Sequence record: NZ_CP044066.1
Source of the DNA: a plasmid
Reading direction: 5' to 3' (one strand)
DNA length: 64,000 nucleotides
The notes beneath the pieces are model-generated. The model did no database searches. It saw nothing but the letters and a program-made list of their open reading frames with translations, and was not told the DNA's origin. The position numbers were made by a program, and so were the translations under genes. Below, piece by piece: positions 59,836 to 64,000 of this stretch (position 1 is the stretch's first letter; the number at the start of each line of letters is the position of its first letter).

Positions 59836-61333
59836 CAGGGTCTGCCTCAGGAGGGAGCAACGGCCCCGCATCGCCCAAGAACCTGGGAACGCCGCTCAGA
59901 ACCCCTTGGAATTGCTCCAATGGAGCGCCGAAGACGAGCCCCGTGTTGCCCAACCTGTATTCGCGAATTGATTCCTCGTGCGGACCGGTGCGCTTCTTGA
60001 TGACCGAGACGGCGCGGCGCACGCGTCCGTGCGCTTCGAAATAGCGGAGCAGGATAACGGTATCGGCAAGGTACGTCACGTCGACGGGTGTCTTCATGTC
60101 TCCCACCAAGCCATGCTGGGCCACGGTCAGGAATGTATTCGCGCCTTGCCGGTTCAGGTATTGGAGCAGTTCGTGAATATGAAGCGTCAACGCACTCTCT
60201 TCCGGCATGGCGGACTCATAGCCGTTGATGCTGTCGATCACCACTGTCTTCGCCTGCAGGTCGTCCACGCTGGTGCGTACCCGATGCGCGAACTCTCCGG
60301 GGGACAGTTCGGCCGCATCGACCTGCTCAATATGCAGCTTCCCCGAGGCGCGCATGGCTTCGAGGTCTATGCCCATGGCACGGACTCGATCGAAGAGCAG
60401 GCCGAGTTCTTCGTCGAATATGAACAGCGCAGCTTTTTCACCACGCTCAACTGCTGCCGCTACGAACTGGAGTGCGTAGAGACTTTTACCGGTTCCTGAC
60501 GGGCCTAGAATAAGTACGCTGGAACCTTGCTCGACTCCGCCACCAAGAAGGTCATCCAGACCCTGAATCCCACTTGTGCGTTGTTTGCGACTAAACACGG
60601 AGCGATGTTCCAGTGCCACCAGCCGCGGAAAGACCGCCACACCACCGGTCTTGATCGTGAAATCGTGATAGCCACCTCGGAATGACTGGCCCCGGTACTT
60701 AACAATCTTCACCCTGCGACGCTCTGCGCCGTAGTTCGGCGAAAGCTCCTCCAGCTTCACGACGCCATGAGCAATGCTATGTACCGTCTTGTCCTCCACG
60801 TCCGAGGTACGATCATCGAGTATCAGTACGGTAGCGTTTTGGCGGGCGAAGTAATGCTTGAATGCGAGAACCTGGCGCCGATATCGCAGGGAACTTTGGG
60901 CTAGCAAGCGAATTTCCGAAAGGCTGTCGATAACGACGCGCCCGGGCTTAACGCGAGCGAACTCGGCGAGGATAGACGTGACCGTCTCCCCGAGTTCGAG
61001 GTCGGAGGAATATAGTAAGCTCTGCTGCTGGTTCGCCTCTAGAAGGGCTTCAGGCGGAGTTACCTCAAATATTGAGATCAGTGGGTCCAACTCCCATCCA
61101 TGGGAATACATGCCGTCCTTCAACTCCTCAGCAGTCTCAGACAGAGTGATATACAACCCACGTTGACCCTTCTCCGCGCCGGCCATCAGAAACTTGATGG
61201 CAATCGTTGTTTTGCCAGTGCCAGGGCTGCCTTCCAACAGGTAGAGATTTCCTTCCTTGAGCCCACCGTTGAGAATATCGTCAAGCCCCGAAACGCCCGT
61301 GCTTGCGAATGTCCGTGCCGCCGCGTCGCTCAT
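59828..61333 (-). CDS. kaiC: KaiC-family double RecA-like ATPase
   Basis: Two Walker A motifs (LLEGSPGTGKTT and LILGPSGTGKS). ..GVSGLDDILNGGL.. and ..GIQGLDDLLGGGV.. duplicated domains. 501 aa. Confidence 0.9.
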   Translation of the reverse strand: MSDAAARTFASTGVSGLDDILNGGLKEGNLYLLEGSPGTGKTTIAIKFLMAGAEKGQRGLYITLSETAEELKDGMYSHGWELDPLISIFEVTPPEALLEANQQQSLLYSSDLELGETVTSILAEFARVKPGRVVIDSLSEIRLLAQSSLRYRRQVLAFKHYFARQNATVLILDDRTSDVEDKTVHSIAHGVVKLEELSPNYGAERRRVKIVKYRGQSFRGGYHDFTIKTGGVAVFPRLVALEHRSVFSRKQRTSGIQGLDDLLGGGVEQGSSVLILGPSGTGKSLYALQFVAAAVERGEKAALFIFDEELGLLFDRVRAMGIDLEAMRASGKLHIEQVDAAELSPGEFAHRVRTSVDDLQAKTVVIDSINGYESAMPEESALTLHIHELLQYLNRQGANTFLTVAQHGLVGDMKTPVDVTYLADTVILLRYFEAHGRVRRAVSVIKKRTGPHEESIREYRLGNTGLVFGAPLEQFQGVLSGVPRFLGDAGPLLPPEADPDE

Positions 61334-62319
61334 AAACTCTCCGGGATAACGATCGTGTGACTAGCCTATCACCGTCTTACTGACCGCATGCACCACCTGC
61401 TATCTATCGTACCTTCTCTATGCCTGGAGCAAACTGTGCTCGCCTGCGCCGCGGGAACGTCTGTGAAGCAAGTGCAGTACTGACGGTTGCGATGGAGGGT
61501 TCGAGGGACGCGGAATGCAATGATCTGAAGATGTCGCGCTGGTCATAATCCAGCGACCTCATAAGACGTAATTGGGATAACTGTTTAGTTCGGCATATAG
61601 GAGCAGTTTGGCATGATACTGCGCGCATGCTATCGGCCAATGTCTGACACGTTTCCACGGGCCTGTCGCCAACTATGGGACTCGAACCCTATGGATGTGC
61701 AGATTACTGGGCTCAGGCCAACCAGCGCGGTGGCCGGGCCAGATATCACGCGAAGCGGGTGCTGGCGCCAACGATGGCGCACCGACGCCGGTATGTTCAT
61801 CATCTGCTCCTTCCGCCCGTCAGCGGGGCGCTGTCGAGATCAGACTCGCCGCATGGCAAGCGATTCCAGCGTCGATTGCTGATCGGGAGGCACATTGATC
61901 GTCGCCGTGCCATCGCCGCTGTCAACTGCCGGCTCCGGATCTTCACGAACGCGAGCGCGCTGTCCGTATTACACGGGCCGCGGATATCGTCGCCTTGCGA
62001 CACGTTGTAGTAAATGGTGGCGAAGCGCGGGTCGCCGGGAGTCTTGCCGGGTGAGAAGTTCGGCCTGATCGGAGTACAGCGCCTTTTCGAACGACTCCTG
62101 ATGCGAGACTTCGCGCGTCATCGGGAAGCCCAGTGCTTCCTGCACCCCCGGAGCGTCCGTGATGTTCATGAGCCGCCTCATTCGCGTCAGGGCTCGCCCT
62201 AGTCTGTTCCGCGATCTCAAAAAACTGGACCGGTCTCTGAGCGTTCTGTTGGACCACGGTTAGCCGGCCTGTGAATACGGCTGACATTTTTCATTTAACA
62301 TAACATGCATTAGAGTATC

Positions 62320-62384
62320 GATCGGTGTTGGCGGTTTTTTCTAATGTCGTACCTGAGACGAATTCAAATGTCGTATCTCCAGGC
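62320..62384 (+). repeat. upstream terminal repeat of the transposase unit
   Basis: atcggtgttggcgg..tctaatgtcgtacctgagacgaattcaaatgtcgtatctccaggc, with two ATGTCGTAyC sub-repeats. Confidence 0.5.
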
Positions 62385-62432
62385 TCCCGATCCTGCCATG
62401 CTGGCTGACCTTCGCCAGTCAGGAGCACGAGC

Positions 62433-63890
62433 ATGGGCCGCCCCGACACGATCACCATGAGCATGCAGGAACTGGACCGCTGCAAAGTTATCGAAGCCGT
62501 CGTCCGAGATGGTCTGATGGTGTGGCGCGCGGCCGAGAAGCTCGGTATCAGTCGCCGCCAGATCGAGCGGCTGGCCCAGCGATATCGAGAAGACGGTCCA
62601 CGAGGCCTTCTGTCCCGCAAATGGGGGCAAGCTGGCCACCGCCAACTGCCTCCCGGGCTGGAATCACGCGCACGTGGCCTGATCCGCGACACCTACGCTG
62701 ACTTCGGCCCGACGCTGGCGGCCGAGAAGCTGCGCGAGCGCCATGGCCTCGATCTCTCGACGTCCTGTGTGCGCCGGATCATGATTGACGCCGGCTTCTG
62801 GGTGCCCCGCAAGTTGCGCCCGCCCAAGGTCCACCAGCCGAGGAACCGCCGCGCCTGCCTGGGCGAGCTGGTGCAGATCGATGGCAGCGACCATGCATGG
62901 TTCGAGGACCGCGCGCCGGCGTGCACGCTGCTGGTCTACGTCGATGACGCCACCGGCCGGCTGATGCAGCTCCTGTTCGTGCCAACCGAGTCGACGCTCG
63001 CGTATTTCACCGCCACGCGCGGCTATGTCGAGCAGCACGGCAAGCCCGTGGCGTTCTATTCCGACAAGGCCAGCATCTTCCGCACAAACCGCCAGCAGAC
63101 GCCCGAAGGCCGCGGCTATACGCAGTTTGGCCGCGCGCTGTTCGAGCTCAACATCGACATCCTGTGCGCCAATACGAGCCAGGCCAAGGGCCGTGTCGAG
63201 CGGATGAATGGCACGCTGCAGGACCGGCTGGTCAAGGAACTGCGGCTACGCGGCATTAGCTCGATGGCCGACGCCAACGCCTACGTCCCCATGTTCATCG
63301 CCGATTTCAACACGCGCTTTGCCAAGGTACCGCGCAGCGATTTCGATGCGCACCGGCCGCTGCGTGGCGACGAGGATCTGGCGCGGATCTTCTGTTGGCG
63401 CGAATGGCGCAAGGTGTCGCAGAGCCTGACCCTGCAGTACGACAAGGTGATGTTCCTGCTCGAGGACCGGCCCGCGCACCGCCACCTGGCGCACCGATAC
63501 ATCGAGGTCGCCGAGTACCCGGACGGGCGGATCGAGCTGTGGGGCGATGGCGCATCCCTGCCCTACACCACCTATTTTCGTTACCCGGAGGTTGACCAGG
63601 GCGCCATCGTGGAGAACAAGCGGCTGGGCCACGTGCTGGAGATCGCGCAGAAGGTGCAGGCGCTACGCGACAGCCGGCATTCCGAGGGACCGTCGCGCAC
63701 GATGTCGGGGGTGCCGGTCCGTTCCCAGGAGGTTGCGCCCGGCACGCGGCGTCAGCGGCAAATCAATCGCTTGGATCTGGAGCGTGCCATGGCCACCACC
63801 CTGCTCTGCCCGCCCGCAACAGCGGCCAGCGCCACCGCCCCAAAAAAGAACCGGCTTCCACACAAACCGCACGCCCGTGCCGACATTTGA
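62433..63890 (+). CDS. DDE transposase, rve (integrase-core) superfamily, IS481/ISNCY-like, 485 aa
   Basis: N-terminal HTH (..VIEAVVRDGLMVWRAAEKLGISRRQIERL..). DDE core ..LVQIDGSDHAWFED.. ..LLVYVDDATGRL.. ..FYSDKASIF.. ..GRVERMNGTLQDRL.. Confidence 0.8.
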   Translation: MGRPDTITMSMQELDRCKVIEAVVRDGLMVWRAAEKLGISRRQIERLAQRYREDGPRGLLSRKWGQAGHRQLPPGLESRARGLIRDTYADFGPTLAAEKLRERHGLDLSTSCVRRIMIDAGFWVPRKLRPPKVHQPRNRRACLGELVQIDGSDHAWFEDRAPACTLLVYVDDATGRLMQLLFVPTESTLAYFTATRGYVEQHGKPVAFYSDKASIFRTNRQQTPEGRGYTQFGRALFELNIDILCANTSQAKGRVERMNGTLQDRLVKELRLRGISSMADANAYVPMFIADFNTRFAKVPRSDFDAHRPLRGDEDLARIFCWREWRKVSQSLTLQYDKVMFLLEDRPAHRHLAHRYIEVAEYPDGRIELWGDGASLPYTTYFRYPEVDQGAIVENKRLGHVLEIAQKVQALRDSRHSEGPSRTMSGVPVRSQEVAPGTRRQRQINRLDLERAMATTLLCPPATAASATAPKKNRLPHKPHARADI

Positions 63891-63926
63891 ATTTGCCGGG
63901 CGCTCCGACACCTGAGAACGCCCTAG

Positions 63927-63993
63927 ACAATCGGTGTTGGCCACTATTAGTAATGTCACCTTTGAGATGAATAGAGATGTCACCTCAGGCTTC
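63927..63993 (+). repeat. downstream repeat in direct orientation relative to 62320-62384
   Basis: atcggtgttggcca..agtaatgtcacctttgagatgaatagagatgtcacctcaggc. Same order of sub-repeats as the upstream copy. Confidence 0.5.
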
Positions 63994-64000
63994 TCCTCGT

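Overview
GC-rich (about 62-65%) beta-proteobacterial-type DNA, Burkholderia/Ralstonia/Cupriavidus-like, with the character of an accessory or replicon-end region, not core chromosome. From left to right the window contains the following.

1. A small Soj-type ParA partition ATPase. Upstream of it is an array of seven 16-bp TTTCAC-N2-GTGAAA palindromes, which is a candidate centromere (parS-like) cluster. An eighth copy lies about 49 kb away, next to a MazEF-like toxin-antitoxin.
2. cspA, an IS30 remnant, an H-NS-like gene and a 672-aa RpoD-like sigma-70.
3. Cargo genes: a CheB-type methylesterase, an alpha/beta hydrolase, a FixJ/LuxR response regulator and an AraC regulator. The AraC gene is bracketed by 70-bp palindromic MITE-like repeats.
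4. An integrase graveyard. This comprises a LexA box plus the 5' end of imuA fused to a 5'-truncated integrase paralog, an intact 570-629-aa tyrosine recombinase, a tRNA 3'-end fragment (att remnant), and a frameshifted P4-type integrase.
5. Secreted and lipoprotein genes and a frameshifted collagen-like (G-X-Y) gene carrying a G11 homopolymer.
6. A defence island of about 14 kb. It holds two adjacent hypothetical genes with HEPN-like R-x4-H motifs, an internally deleted IS3/IS407 remnant, an AT-rich Abi-like membrane gene, a complete four-gene Wadjet (jetABCD) anti-plasmid system, and a DUF4145/HEPN-like 433-aa protein. This island abuts a 5'-truncated, frameshifted autotransporter.
7. An OmpA-like lipoprotein, an Hsp20-like ORF, and a Big_2/beta-propeller lipoprotein with a degenerate tandem paralog fragment.
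8. Two type II toxin-antitoxin pairs (Xre-RES and DUF3018-MazF/PemK) with a recognisable sigma-70 promoter and operator palindrome, and an IS21 istB remnant.
9. An MBL-fold hydrolase, a DUF3597 protein, a second H-NS-like gene and a BON-domain protein.
10. A translationally coupled KaiC-like ATPase plus a PAS/hybrid histidine kinase.
11. An rve-type DDE transposase flanked by unusual direct (not inverted) repeats.

No rRNA, intact tRNA or CRISPR array was found. Many long high-GC ORFs in the six-frame track are antisense shadows and were not called.
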